The notes under the pieces were generated by a model. It was not told where the DNA came from, did no database searches, and saw nothing but the letters and a program-made list of their open reading frames with translations. A program made the translations under genes and the position numbers. From contig NW_027266265.1 in assembly GCF_022045235.1 (NCBI RefSeq), positions 56,978,001 to 57,042,000 of the forward strand: a stretch of DNA of 64,000 nt, in the 5' to 3' direction. Each line of letters begins with the position of its first letter. The stretch's first letter is position 1. The DNA comes from Haliotis cracherodii. Lineage: Eukaryota. Below, in pieces: positions 51,071 to 63,638 of this stretch.

Positions 51071-51508
51071 GTAAGGACAGGTGCTACATGACTGGCTGTG
51101 GATCTTTGGAGCTCACCTTGCATTAGACATTTAAGAATACACCTTTAATGAAAAGGTTGTATAGAAAGGTGGTTCAATGAACATGTATACATGCTATATT
51201 GAACTTCATGTGTAATGCCTTGATGACTCTAAACAAGAATTAAATTTGTATGTAATTTGATGCTGCTCTCATCTGATGTGCTGAAATCTAAAGTGTTTGT
51301 ATAGTAAATGTTCCGGAGAGATGTCTTAATATGTTTGAAGTTTCAAGAAAACGGTTGACATGGACCTGGTTGTATTTTTGCATTTTTTACATATTTTGCA
51401 AATAATGCAAACATACTTCTAGTTATCCCAAGTTGGGACAAGTTTTGTTTTCAATCATGATATGGAATTAATATCTATGCATCCTGAATATGAAAATTTG
51501 GTTTTCAG

Positions 51509-51668
51509 ATTTCATGGGAAAGGTCAGATTGCTGGGCACGGCTTCACGAGCCCCTCCATGTCGTCAGGGCACTTCATAATATTTGATGACCATAATTTTG
51601 GATTTTTGTGGTTGGAGTTAAAGTCCTTTAGTATGTACTCCCGAGTGTTAGAGTTCCCCTGTCTATGA
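51509..51668 (+). CDS. FBXO31: FBXO31 exon 9 (last coding exon)
   Basis: [15 protein letters not shown]...[23 protein letters not shown]...*. Nine exons sum to 1191 nt (396 aa + stop). Candidate poly(A) signal AATAAA at 54178. Confidence 0.92.
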
Positions 51669-54276
51669 TAGCAGCAACACAGCAGATCACTGGCGCCATG
51701 GGTACCGGTATCTCCAGGGATCGTCATTATAGACAAGTATATCTCTTTGGCGTATAAAATTCTTCGTGTCCCAGTTTCATAGATCGATACTTGTGTTGTC
51801 AAACACTCGATTGTCTGGTCCAGACTATTATTTACAGACCGCTGTCATACAGTTGGAATATTGCTGATTGTGGTGTTAAATAACAAAGAGAGAAAAAACT
51901 AGTGACATTGTTCCCAACAAGGCATTATTGCAGTGTGTTCACACAGATGTGACAACCCCATACGGAGTGCACTTAAAAATAAGTGGGATAATTGGCTTTG
52001 AAAAATAGTAACTTTTTCATTGGCATTCTAAAAGTTGGTGATTTAGTAAGAAAATGTACAACTTCATGGATAACAACTTCTAGTTTATTGCATATAGCGA
52101 CGTTTTGATGTAGAATCTTACATCATCACTCCAGCTTGATGACGGTGTAAGAAATTGCTATATTCAATAAACAGAAATGGTATTCCATAAATTTGTAAAC
52201 TGCAAAATAGTAATTTAAGAATTAATTGCAAAAAGAAAAATATAATGATCCTTTTCCCCCGAAGTGATTATCAATTGTGATGATACCTGCAGAAACAATG
52301 TAGCTAATCTAAATTACTGGAGATATTTTTTTAACAAAATTTGTCAAATATTTTACTTAATCGTGTAGCAATTATGTGGAAAATGGTTTGAAATACTGTG
52401 ATGAATCTACTGTCACAAGGAGCACAGATTTGAATATTTGTCCTATATGGTTGAATATTGCATAATGTACTTATATTTTTGCAACCAATTACCAAGTATA
52501 ACTATCATATACACCATTTGTATTTAGAAATATCAACTCAACTTTTGATGGGCGAGGGAGTATCTGGGTAGGGTCTGATTGCTTGGATATGTTGTTGTAC
52601 AAATAGTATTCGATATTGCCATGGAACTGAAGGATGTGACACTTCATCTCAAGTTGATATAACATAAATAGACGGTTCAAAAAAAGTCTGAAAGGCATTT
52701 AAAAGTGATACACATAAGGAAGAGAATTTATCGATGCCAACTTCTTTATTATGAGGAACACAGCGTCTCGGAAAAGATGCTTACTCCTTCACCTGATGAA
52801 GTATATACTCTGAAACATTGTGTTCCTCATAATAAAGAAGTTGACATCCATAAATTCTCTTCCTTATGGTTCAAACAGTTAACTGCGGTCATCGTGTAAC
52901 GCCCCAGCATGCACTATCTCAGTGTTCCTGTGACATCGTGTAACGTCCCAGCATGCACTATCTCAGTGTTCCTGTGACATCGTGTAACGTCCCAGCATGC
53001 AGTGTTCCTGTGACATGTTCAGTAGCATACAGCCACCAGTAATCAAAAGACAACGTACACTTTACAAGTATGTGTGTGAGTGTTTATGAAGCTGTGAGTC
53101 CTGCATCGTCTGCAGCTGGAATATACAGAGGTACTGTAGCTCACCTGGACATTGTCCAAACATTCAATACTTGGAGAGTTAAGATATAGCACTTATATAC
53201 CCCGTAGTGCCGAGACTTACAGTTGTATAAGGGAAAAGGGTGTCCAGTTTAATAATTGTTTGAAAATGTTGTTGTCATAACACAATTGGATTTATACCAA
53301 TATTCTGTCATTAAAATCAGATCTGTAACAAGATACTCGTGAAAGAGATTTTATACCAATGGACTGTCATTATGATCAGATATGTGACAAGGTTGTGAAA
53401 ACTGATTGTGTCGTGGATCATCTTCCCGAGGCAGGGGAGTTAGCTGACTGTAAAAGTCCATTTTCCATCCTTGCTGAACAAGACTGGAATTTCTGGGCTT
53501 GATCGTAGAACCACCTGCGTCTATTACGAGTTATGTCCTTCGATGTCCCTTCTATTGACCAATCAGAATCCACCTCTCATATCACTTACATTTGCTTCAA
53601 ACATAAAGGCGGCGCCCAGTAAAGACGATCTGATCGATAATCAAGATCTGTATTGTAATAAAACGGGCCTTACTTTGCGAAGTGCATCAAACCACGTGAG
53701 CACCTTGGTCAAAACATCTGGGAAATTTCTGTTGACAGTATGTTGATTGTTCACGTGTTTTTCAACTTCTGCAATTGACCGAAATCTGCACGGCAGTTGA
53801 CCGAAATCGGCACGGCAGTTGATGAACCGGATGTGGATTTTGTTACACAATTTTGATTGGACTATTGGAAGATGGTTGTGATTGTGGTAGATAGCGATCA
53901 TGTGATGTTATTGTTTTCTTGTGAACGAATATATACTGAATGAAATTAATAAGGGGACAGATACAGAAATTTTTTGTATGCCATGAAATCTTGAGGACTG
54001 GCAGATACAAGCATTCCACTGTCTTATTCAGTGGATATGAGGTGCCACTATTACCAAGACAATCAACATTGTTCCCTCATTGTTTTCCATCAGTATATGT
54101 TGATTTCCGCGCTCCAGATCCTGTGATGTGTACTGTTGAGATGGCACTGCCCCACCAGCATGTGATAGCCATACACAAATAAAGCTATTTATACATTGGA
54201 GAGACTTTATTTGTTTTATACAGCAGTTTTGAAAAGTGTGAAAGAGATGTGTATAGCTTTTGTAAGATCAGGTATA

Positions 54277-55791
54277 ACTGTACCACTAAGTCCAGGACTG
54301 AACCACTAACTCCCGGACTGAACCACTAACTCCCGGACTGAACCACTAACTCCAGGACTGAACCACTAACTCCAGGACTGAACCACTAACTCCAGGACTG
54401 AACCACTAACTCTAGGACTGAACCACTAACTCTAGAACTGAACCACTAACTCTAGGACTGAACCACTAACTCTAGGACTGAACCACTAACTCCCGGACTG
54501 AACCACTAACTCCAGGACTGAACCACTAACTCCAGGACTGAACCACTAACTCCAGGACTGAACCACTAACTCTAGGACTGAACCACTAACTCTAGAACTG
54601 AACCACTAACTCTAGGACTGAACCACTAACTCTAGGACTGAACCACTAACTCTAGGACTGAACCACTAACTCCAGGAAAATGAACCACTAACTCTAGGAC
54701 TGAACCACTAACTCCAGGACTGAACCACTAACTCTAGGACTGAACCACTAACTCTAGGACTGAACCACTAACTCTAGGACTGAACCACTAACTCTAGGAC
54801 GGAACCACTAACTCCAGGACTGAACCACTAACTCCAGGACTGAACCACTAACTCCAGAACTGAACCACTAACTCTAGAACTGAACCACTATTTCTAGGAC
54901 TGAACCACTAACTCTAGGACTGAACCACTAACTCCAGAACTGAACCACTAACTCCAGGACTGTACCACTAACTCTAGGACTGAACCACTAACTCTAGGAC
55001 TGAACCACTAACTCTAGGACTGAACCACTAACTCCAGGACTGAACCACTAACTCAAGGACTGAACCACTAACTCCAGGACTGAACCACTAACTCTAGGAC
55101 TGAACCACTAACTCTAGAACTGAACCACTAACTCTAGGACTGAACCACTAACTCTAGGACTGAACCACTAACTCTAGGACTGAACCACTAACTCCAGGAA
55201 AATGAACCACTAACTCTAGGACTGAACCACTAACTCCAGGACTGAACCACTAACTCTAGGACTGAACCACTAACTCTAGGACTGAACCACTAACTCTAGG
55301 ACTGAACCACTAACTCTAGGACTGAACCACTAACTCCAGGACTGAACCACTAACTCTAGGACTGAACCACTAACTCTAGAACTGAACCACTAACTCTAGG
55401 ACTGAACCACTAACTCCAGGACTGAACCACTAACTCCAGAACTGAACCACTAACTCTAGAACTGAACCACTATTTCTAGGACTGAACCACTAACTCTAGG
55501 ACTGAACCACTAACTCCAGAACTGAACCACTAACTCCAGGACTGTACCACTAACTCTAGTACTGAACCACTAACTCTAGGACTGAACCACTAACTCCAGG
55601 ACTGAACCACTAACTCAAGGACTGAACCACTAACTCCAGGACTGAACCACTAACTCAAGGACTGAACCACTAACTCCAGGACTGAACCACTAACTCTAGG
55701 ACTGAACCACTACTTCTAGGACTGAACCACTAACTCCAGGACTGAACCACTAACTCTAGGACTGAACCACTAACTCCAGGACTGAACCACT
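54277..55791. repeat. 20-bp minisatellite (ggactgaaccactaactcya)n, about 75 copies
   Basis: Directly visible; abuts a 34-bp array. Confidence 0.97.
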
Positions 55792-55958
55792 TTATATCTA
55801 TAAGGACCACGAATATTGGTCCACCTTATATCTATAAGGACCACGAATATTGGTCCACTTTATATCTATAAGGACCACGAATATTGGTCCACGTTATATC
55901 TATAAGGACCACGAATATTAGTCCACTTTATATCTATAAGGACCATGAATATTGGACC
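55787..55958. repeat. 34-bp tandem repeat, about 5 copies
   Basis: ccactttatatctataaggaccacgaatattggt. Confidence 0.93.
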
Positions 55959-56510
55959 TTCCATTTTTTAACATATCTTTAGACATGTTCCATCTGTATT
56001 TATTTCCCCCCCACACACACACACATTCTCCCGCCGTCTGTCCAGCCCTCGTTATATTGTATTGTCATTATCTGTGAATGGAGGTGATTCACATGAGTGA
56101 GTTAGTGACTGAGTGAATGAGTTGGCTTTAACGCCGCTTTTAACAGTATTACAGTTATATCATGGCGTGTCAGCTTAATGTGGGAGGAAAGTGATGCAGG
56201 TCTCAGACATTTACCACTTTGGTGAAACCCACGAGCACGGGTATGGTGCTGACATACCTTGAAACATAATTGGGGCGAATGGGGATTTGAACCCACAATC
56301 GTAGGTTTCTGGCGTGCCCAAGGGATGCAACTCTGCACAGCCAATCGCGGCGCCCTAGACGACTGGGCCAGCGATGTGCATGCACGTGTGAATGTGTGTG
56401 TGAATGTGTATGTATGTGTCGGTCTGTCTGTGTCTGTTTAGTGCCAGCCCCCTGAGATGAGATGTAACAGTGTAACATGGAGACTCCAGTCAGACACAGA
56501 ATACCGACTC

Positions 56511-58290
56511 TGAGCTCACCAGCTGAACAGTCCTTGACCAATAAGTTGATTCAAACCATCAAGATGCCCGCATTTGCATCCTCCTGGCATCCTCCTGGCA
56601 CCCTCCTGGCATCCCCCTGTCATCCTCCTGGCACCCTCCTGGCATCCTTCTGGCATCCCCCCTGGCATCCTCCTGGCAACCTCCTGGCTTCCCCCTGGCA
56701 TCCTTCTGGCATCCTCCTGGCACCCTCCTGGCATCCCCCTGGCACCCTTCTGGAATCCCCCTGGCATCCCCCTGTCATCCCCCTGGCAACCTCCTGGCAT
56801 CCTTCTGGCATCCCGCTGGCATCCCCCTGGCACCCTTCTGGCATCCCCCTGGCAACCTTCTGGCATCCCCCTGTCATCCTCCTGGCATCCCCCTGGCATC
56901 CTTCTGGCATCCCCCTGGCAACCTTCTGGCATCCTCCTGGCATCCTCCTGGCATCCCCCTGGCACCCTTCTGGCTTCCCCCTGGCATCCTCCTGGCATCC
57001 CCCTGGCACCCTTCTGGCATCCCCCTGGCAACCTTCTGGCATCCTCCTGGCATCCTCCTGGCATCCCCCTGGCATCCTCCTGACCATATATGAGCTCACC
57101 AGCTGACCAGTCCTTGACCAATAAGTTGATTCAAACCATCAAGATCCCCCCATTGGCATCCTCCTGGCATCCTCCTGGCACCCTCCTGGCGTCCTCCTGG
57201 CATTCCCCTGGCATCCTCCTGGCACCCTCCTGGCATCCTCCTGGCATCCCCCTGGCATCCTCCTGGCATCCCCCCTGTCATCCCCCTGGCATCCTCCTGG
57301 CACCCTCCTGGCTTCCCCCTGGCATCCTCCTGGCATCCCCCTGGCACCCTTCTGGCATCCCCCTGGCATCCCCCTGGCACCCTTCTGGCATCCCCCTGGC
57401 ATCCCCCTGGCACCCTTCTGGCATCCTCCTGGCATCCCCCTGGCACCCTCCTGGCGTCCTCCTGGCATTCCCCTGGCATCCTCCTGGCATCCTACTGGCA
57501 CCCATCTGTCATCCCGCTGGCATCCTCCTGGCATCCCCCTGGCACCCTTCTGTCATCCCCCTGTCATCCTCCTGGCGTCCTCCTGGCAATCCCCTGGCAT
57601 CCTCCTGGCATTCCCCTGGCATCCTCCTGGCATCCCCCCTGTCATCCCCCTGGCATCCTCCTGGCACCCTCCTGGCTTCCCCCTGGCATCCTCCTGGCAT
57701 CCCCCTGGCACCCTTCTGGCATCCCCCTGGCACCCCCCCTGGCACCCTTCTGGCATCCTCCTGGCATCCCCCTGGCACCCTCCTGGCATTCCCCTGGCAT
57801 CCTCCTGGCATCCTACTGGCACCCTTCTGTCATCCCGCTGGCATCCTCCTGGCATCCCCCTGGCACCCTTCTGTCATCCCCCTGTCATCCTCCTGGCACC
57901 CTCCTGGCGTCCTCCTGGCATCCCCCTGGCACCCTACTGGCATTCCCCTAGCATCCTCCTGGCACCCTCCTGGCGTCCTCCTGGCATCCTCCTGGCATTC
58001 CCCTGGCATCCTCCTGGCATCCCCCTGGCACCCTTCTGTCACCCCCCTGTCATCCTCCTGGCACCCTCCTGGCATCCTCCTGGCATCCCCCTGGCACCCT
58101 TCTGGCATCCCCCTGGCATCCTCCTGGCATCCCCCTGGCACCCTTCTGGCATCCTCCTTGCATCCCCCTGGCATCCTCCTGGCATCCCGCTGGCATCCCC
58201 CTGGCATCCTCTTGGCATCCTCCAGGCATCCTCCTGGCATCCCCCTGGCATCCTCTTGGCATCCTTCTGGCATCCTCCTGGCACCCTCCA
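56511..58290. repeat. Two blocks of GC-rich 11-bp satellite (ctggcatccyc)n, each preceded by the same leader of about 55 bp
   Basis: Leader tgagctcaccagctga(a/c)cagtccttgaccaataagttgattcaaaccatcaagat at 56511 and 57091. Confidence 0.95.
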
Positions 58291-59830
58291 TATATTCACC
58301 ACATAACCAATGTCTTTTTATGGAATGGATTTATTATATTTTTGCATAAAATAATTGCAGTTTTAACAATCAAATTAATCGAAAAATATTTTCAACATAT
58401 CCTAATCAACATAGCTTGTTGCTGTACACCTACGTATGACATTACTGTAGCACAGTGGCAAACCACACACAAAGATTTGATAATCACACACAGACATAGC
58501 AGGGGTAAAAATATTACAGGCAAGTCTAAGTTCTCCAGTCCCAGGTTTCGGCAAGAACAACAACAATAACGAGTGTCAAGCCATCGCGATGATGTCACAC
58601 TATTGTTGTTGCAGTTTATTCTGTTAACTAGTCATTCTGAACGTGTATCTTGTGCAAGAAAAGCTGAAGCAACTGGCGTCATTATGCAAAATTAGAAAGT
58701 AATTATATATTATCATATATATATCTACCAAAACATGGTTTAATTCGAAGAAATCACTCAAATCTGTTGATTCAGGAAGTAGAATCAACATGTCCCTGAC
58801 TTCTCATTCACATTTTGATCAGAATGGCCAGTGACTTCCTGGCTCCGAATGAACTGCACAACAATAGCATGATGTCATCCTAATGGTTTACGCTTCATAT
58901 CGCTCCACGAAGTGGGGGAATATCAGCATGGACAGTGGTACCACTGACTGTTTCATCAACATACTCATTGTTTGATAATCGATAACATACTAATTCAGAA
59001 ATAGGATTTCTGTGGATTTAGAACATTTGAAAGAAAACAATTAACGTGTGAAAAACCTGACAAAAAGAAGTTTTCAAATGAAATATGTTTTGACGGACAT
59101 TCAGTGCATTTTGCTATATTTTAGTGTAAACTATACATGATTCTGTTAAATTATTGTTTCTACCACAGTGACTTAGTCACTGAAGATGTCTTTAATCATC
59201 TGACAAGAATAAAAAGATTTGTGAGAGTAACAAAAACATGATCATAGTGAGTTCAATGATTCCCCTTTACACGTACATTACCACCGCTAGGCCCTACCAG
59301 ACACTAGTGCTTCACTATAGGGCACACGCAGCATGGAGTCAGCACCAACTTAGATACATGTTGTACCCGGCCAAACCCATCCAGCTATGGTATATTTCAG
59401 TACACGGGTCCGACCCACATCGGCAACCCCCCTGCATGACAGCAATCTAGTTCCTCAACAGACCAGACCAACTGAATTTCTTATGTTACCAATATCTTAG
59501 TTAAAATGCCAAGTAGACAAATATGTAAAAGAAAATGTGGTCTGGATTAATAATGTGTTTCATTTTAACAAAATCTTGACATGAAGGTCTAAAATGGCGT
59601 TTTATCAATTTAACAGTGTTTGTTTCTTCAAACGTACAATGTGTTTGTCCCTTTCGTTGCATACAGGGTAGAACTCGCTTGTAAAACCAGGAACTAAATG
59701 TGTCTGGCCTCAAGACAAGATAGAGAGGTATACACTCACTCACACACTGAAGATAGAACAGGTGACCACCAGGTGTCTCTGTATTACCAGAGGACAGATG
59801 GCCGTTATTTGCTTGGCTGAATAACTGTGA

Positions 59831-60160
59831 ACATGACACGGTCTAGATGTGGATACCAGACACTGTCTAGACATGACATGGTCTAGATGTGGATACCCGG
59901 ACACTGTCTAGACATGACATGGTCTAGATGTGGATACCGGACACTGTCTAGACATGACATGGTCTAGATGTGGATACCGGACACTGTCTAGACATGACAT
60001 GGTCTAGATGTGGATACTGGACACTGTCTAGACATGACATGGTCTAGATGTGGATACCAGACACTGTCTAGACATTACATGGTCGATGTGGATACCAGAC
60101 ACTGTCTAGACATGACATGGTCTAGATGTGGATACCAGACACTGTCTAGACATGACATGC
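59831..60160. repeat. 40-bp tandem repeat, about 8 copies
   Basis: acatgacatggtctagatgtggataccagacactgtctag. Confidence 0.95.
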
Positions 60161-60350
60161 AACAGTTATTATAATGCCATTATTAAGTAATTATTCAGCC
60201 TACATGCCTCACTACCACTCGTATCCTTGTCTCAAGTACATACAGACGTAGAAACACTCTCATGCAACCCCTTCTTAATTAACCTTGTTGACGGACATGA
60301 TGAAATCCACCACATACATAGACCTACTAAACAGGCTTCGTTTGAATCAG

Positions 60351-60640
60351 GGGGCCTTGGCGGCCCAGTCGTCTAAGGCGTGATTCACTGTGCAGAGTTG
60401 CATCACGTGGGCACGCCAGAAACCTATGATTGTGGGTTCGAATCTCGGTTTTCCCTGATTATATTTCTAGTTTTGTCAGCACCATACCCATGGTCGTGGG
60501 TTTCACCAAAGTGGTAAACGTCTGAGACCTGCATCACTTCGGGCTTTCCTCCCACATTAAGCTGACATGCCGTAATATAACTGGAATACTGTTAAAAGCG
60601 GCGTCAAACCCAACTCACTCACTCACTCACTCACTCACTC
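60351..60640 (+). mobile_element. tRNA-derived SINE family C (long A-B box spacer, V-domain-like core)
   Basis: TGGCGGCCCAGTCGTCTAAGG...GGTTCGAATCTC head, gtgggtttcacc...ggctttcctcccaca core, (CTCA)n tail. Copies at 17340-17616, 22203-22489 (TSD gtcgacattta) and 56095-56370, all minus strand. Confidence 0.8.
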
Positions 60641-63327
60641 ATGTGAATCACCTCCATTCACAGTTAATGATAATACGATATAACGAGGGCTGGAGAGACG
60701 TTGGGAGAAGTGTGTGTGGGGGGGGGGGAATAAATACAGATGGAACATGTCTAAATATATGTTAAAAAATGGAAGGGAAGTACAAACTAATAACCATCAA
60801 ATCAATATGTACCGGTATATCCACTGAGACCCCCTCATGAGTATTGTGTCATATCTATGATGTCTTTTAACTCCTACTAAAAGTGTGCGCTAACTAGTAT
60901 CCATCATGTGCAATAGCTGGTATTAACAGATATATAATATCAAAATAAAACAACTGTCATAAAATCCCTTTGCAGAAACAACATAAAATATTCTGTCTAT
61001 AATATATATAGACAAACTTCACTTTCACTACATTGAATAGTGTTCTAATTCTGCATGAAGCAACAATCAATATGACAGCAGAGACACCTGGAGCAATCTT
61101 CACAGACTACCCACATGGACAATCAGACACATCCGTGAGAGAACACACCCCATTGCCGCTTGTTATCCACTTGTTATCCGCTTGTTATCCACTTGTTATC
61201 CATTTGTTAGGCCATTAGGTTTTACTTTTGGCATCACGGATCTACTCATCTTATTTTCAGAAAAAAATGAAATTCTATCACAAAAAATTACACATTTATT
61301 CCGCTGACAAAAATCACGAAATCGATCACTAATATTCCAGGCCTAACAAACCTTGAGCTCTGTCCTTTGTCCTTGACACACAGACTGTCAAACTTACTCC
61401 ATCAGTCTTCGAAGAACAGTTGAGTGAGTGAGTGAGTGAGTTGGTTATTACACCACTCTTAGCATTATTCCAGCAATAGCACATCAGGGGGAAGACTAAA
61501 GACGATGGACCATAGGGAACTGCTCTTTCATCAGTAGCACCATCATCAATCCAAATGGCAAATATCTATCGGTGTTTGTCTCTGGCCAGGTCTAAACTCT
61601 ACTTCCCAACTTAGGACTTCAGCAGGAAACAGTCTGTGATCTAACAAATAATAATGTAACGCCTTACACGGAATTACTGGAAGCCCATTAACACATCTAC
61701 TCGGTAACCGTGGAAATATTTATACAACTCTCTGGACATTTCCGGCCCCTCCACACAGGGAGGGACCTTCATTATGCAGACCTCGCTGCCACATTGATCA
61801 CTTCACCCATGAAAATCCGATTTAGAACAGATCTTCAGCAACCCATGCTTCCATAAGAGGCGACTAACCGGATCGGAAGGTCGGGCCCACTGATTTGGTT
61901 GATGCATGTTATCATGATGCTCATGATGTCAATCAATGGATTGTTTGGTCCAGTCTTCATCATTTACAGACCGTTGTCATATAGCTGGAATATTTCTGAA
62001 TGGGCATTAAACAAAAAACAAACAAACAAAAAACATTGATCACATAGGTACCTACGTGCACGTCCTGAGCTACATGAGGTATAACATCCCCGGAGGAACT
62101 GCATCACATCTATGCATAAATAATGAAATACTTGCATTGCATTTTGAACAACTATAAACATACCAAAGATCATCAGGTGCCTGATAGTAGCACCTAGCTA
62201 CTGACTACTTATCATCCTGTATCACACCGGTAACAGCTGAGTGTGGGAGCGTGATACTGTCTACCTCTGTCCTGGACATTTTAACCACATCAACTAGACA
62301 GGTACACAGAGTATTCAGTTATCCAGACATATTACAATACAATTACAATAACAGGTGTCTGGATTAATGAGGTCCAATGTGTGATAAATCTGATAACATC
62401 CTAGATTAGAGTCATCACTGAATGGTCTGTAATGAGACATGCCTAATCTCATATTATTGTTACCATGGTTTCAAGCATATTTTTACCAAACATATTTTTT
62501 GCAGGAATGAGTCCTGGGAAATGCAACTTGGGTCCCTGAATCCCAGGTGAACATGTTCCTCACACATAAGGTCCTACTTTTCCTATTTTTCAATTTCTGT
62601 GTTGATCATCGTACTATAATTGCATTAAATTAAAACAGTGTTTTTCAAAGAATAGTGTTTAACAATAGTATCTTCAATACATGATATGTCTCTCGACAGT
62701 TGGATCGCAATATGACACGCTCCACCACCTACCAGATATGACTACTAAGCATGTGTATAAAGGAGCTCTATCCTCGAAATAACAGACCACATACCAAACC
62801 AGTTTTATTCAGTTCCAGTTTGTAGCAAAACTGAAGCCTTGGGAACTGGTTCAGAATTATAGCCCTCAAATGCTACCAGACTATGATCACTACCATCAGT
62901 GGATTTTCACTTGTTTCAGCCCAATGTAGTAGTCTATCCAATGTAGTATATCATGAATTTCAAAGGAAGCACGCCTGTGTTTCCTGGGTGCTAAAGGTAG
63001 CACAACTAGGTAAACAAGTCACTTAATACAGTTCTACATTCAGGAACAGTATGAATCAAGGTACAGGTCTTTGTGACCCCAACTTGTATGGACGTTAGTT
63101 GCATATATAGCTGTACTCGCCATACATGGGTCATACATGGGTCCTAGCAATGACTTCTCAGGCAGTCCCTGACTCAATCTGGAAGTATGTTTAACGTTTT
63201 AAGCAAATACATTTTTACTTATCTTGTAATCGTATGATGAGAGAGACTATAAGCAGTATGTGTAATATCACTGAGATTGGTCACGATGTAGTTTTTCACA
63301 ATGTAGGTGACCTCAGCTTGGCCTCAA

Positions 63328-63638
63328 CTAGCTTGGTGTGTCCTCTGTAGACTGATCTTGGTCGGTGACATTGTTGGAAGGTTCGGACTGCTTATCTGAT
63401 TTTTCTGCGCCACTTTCTTCTCCATCCCCTGCTGCATCCGTCTTCTCTGTTGGAAGGATGTCTGCATCGTCTGAGTCTATATTCACACCGCCAGTTTCCA
63501 CTACTTCGTCCCCCTCGGCAGGCTCATGAGCCATCTTGTCGATATCATCCTCCAAGATGTCTTCATCATCCTGTATGTTGTACTCTGCCGTGTAATCGTC
63601 TTCAAAGAATGCCCCCTCAGACGCATCACCTAGGTCAT
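63328..63638 (-). CDS. Last coding exon (very acidic C-terminus) of an unidentified gene entering from the right
   Basis: tgttttacag|AT GAC CTA..., open for about 103 codons: DDLGDASEGAFFEDDYTAEYNIQDDEDILEDDIDK...STEDTPS*. Confidence 0.72.

Noticed and set aside
56477-58349. ORFs up to 419 aa (WHPPGILLAS / MPGGCQEDARR repeats)
   Set aside because: Artefacts of a stop-poor 11-bp satellite open in many frames on both strands, with no splice or domain support.
61157-61205. TTATCCAC repeats resembling DnaA boxes
   Set aside because: A short 11-bp tandem repeat in eukaryotic DNA that does not match TTATCCACA; no bacterial context.
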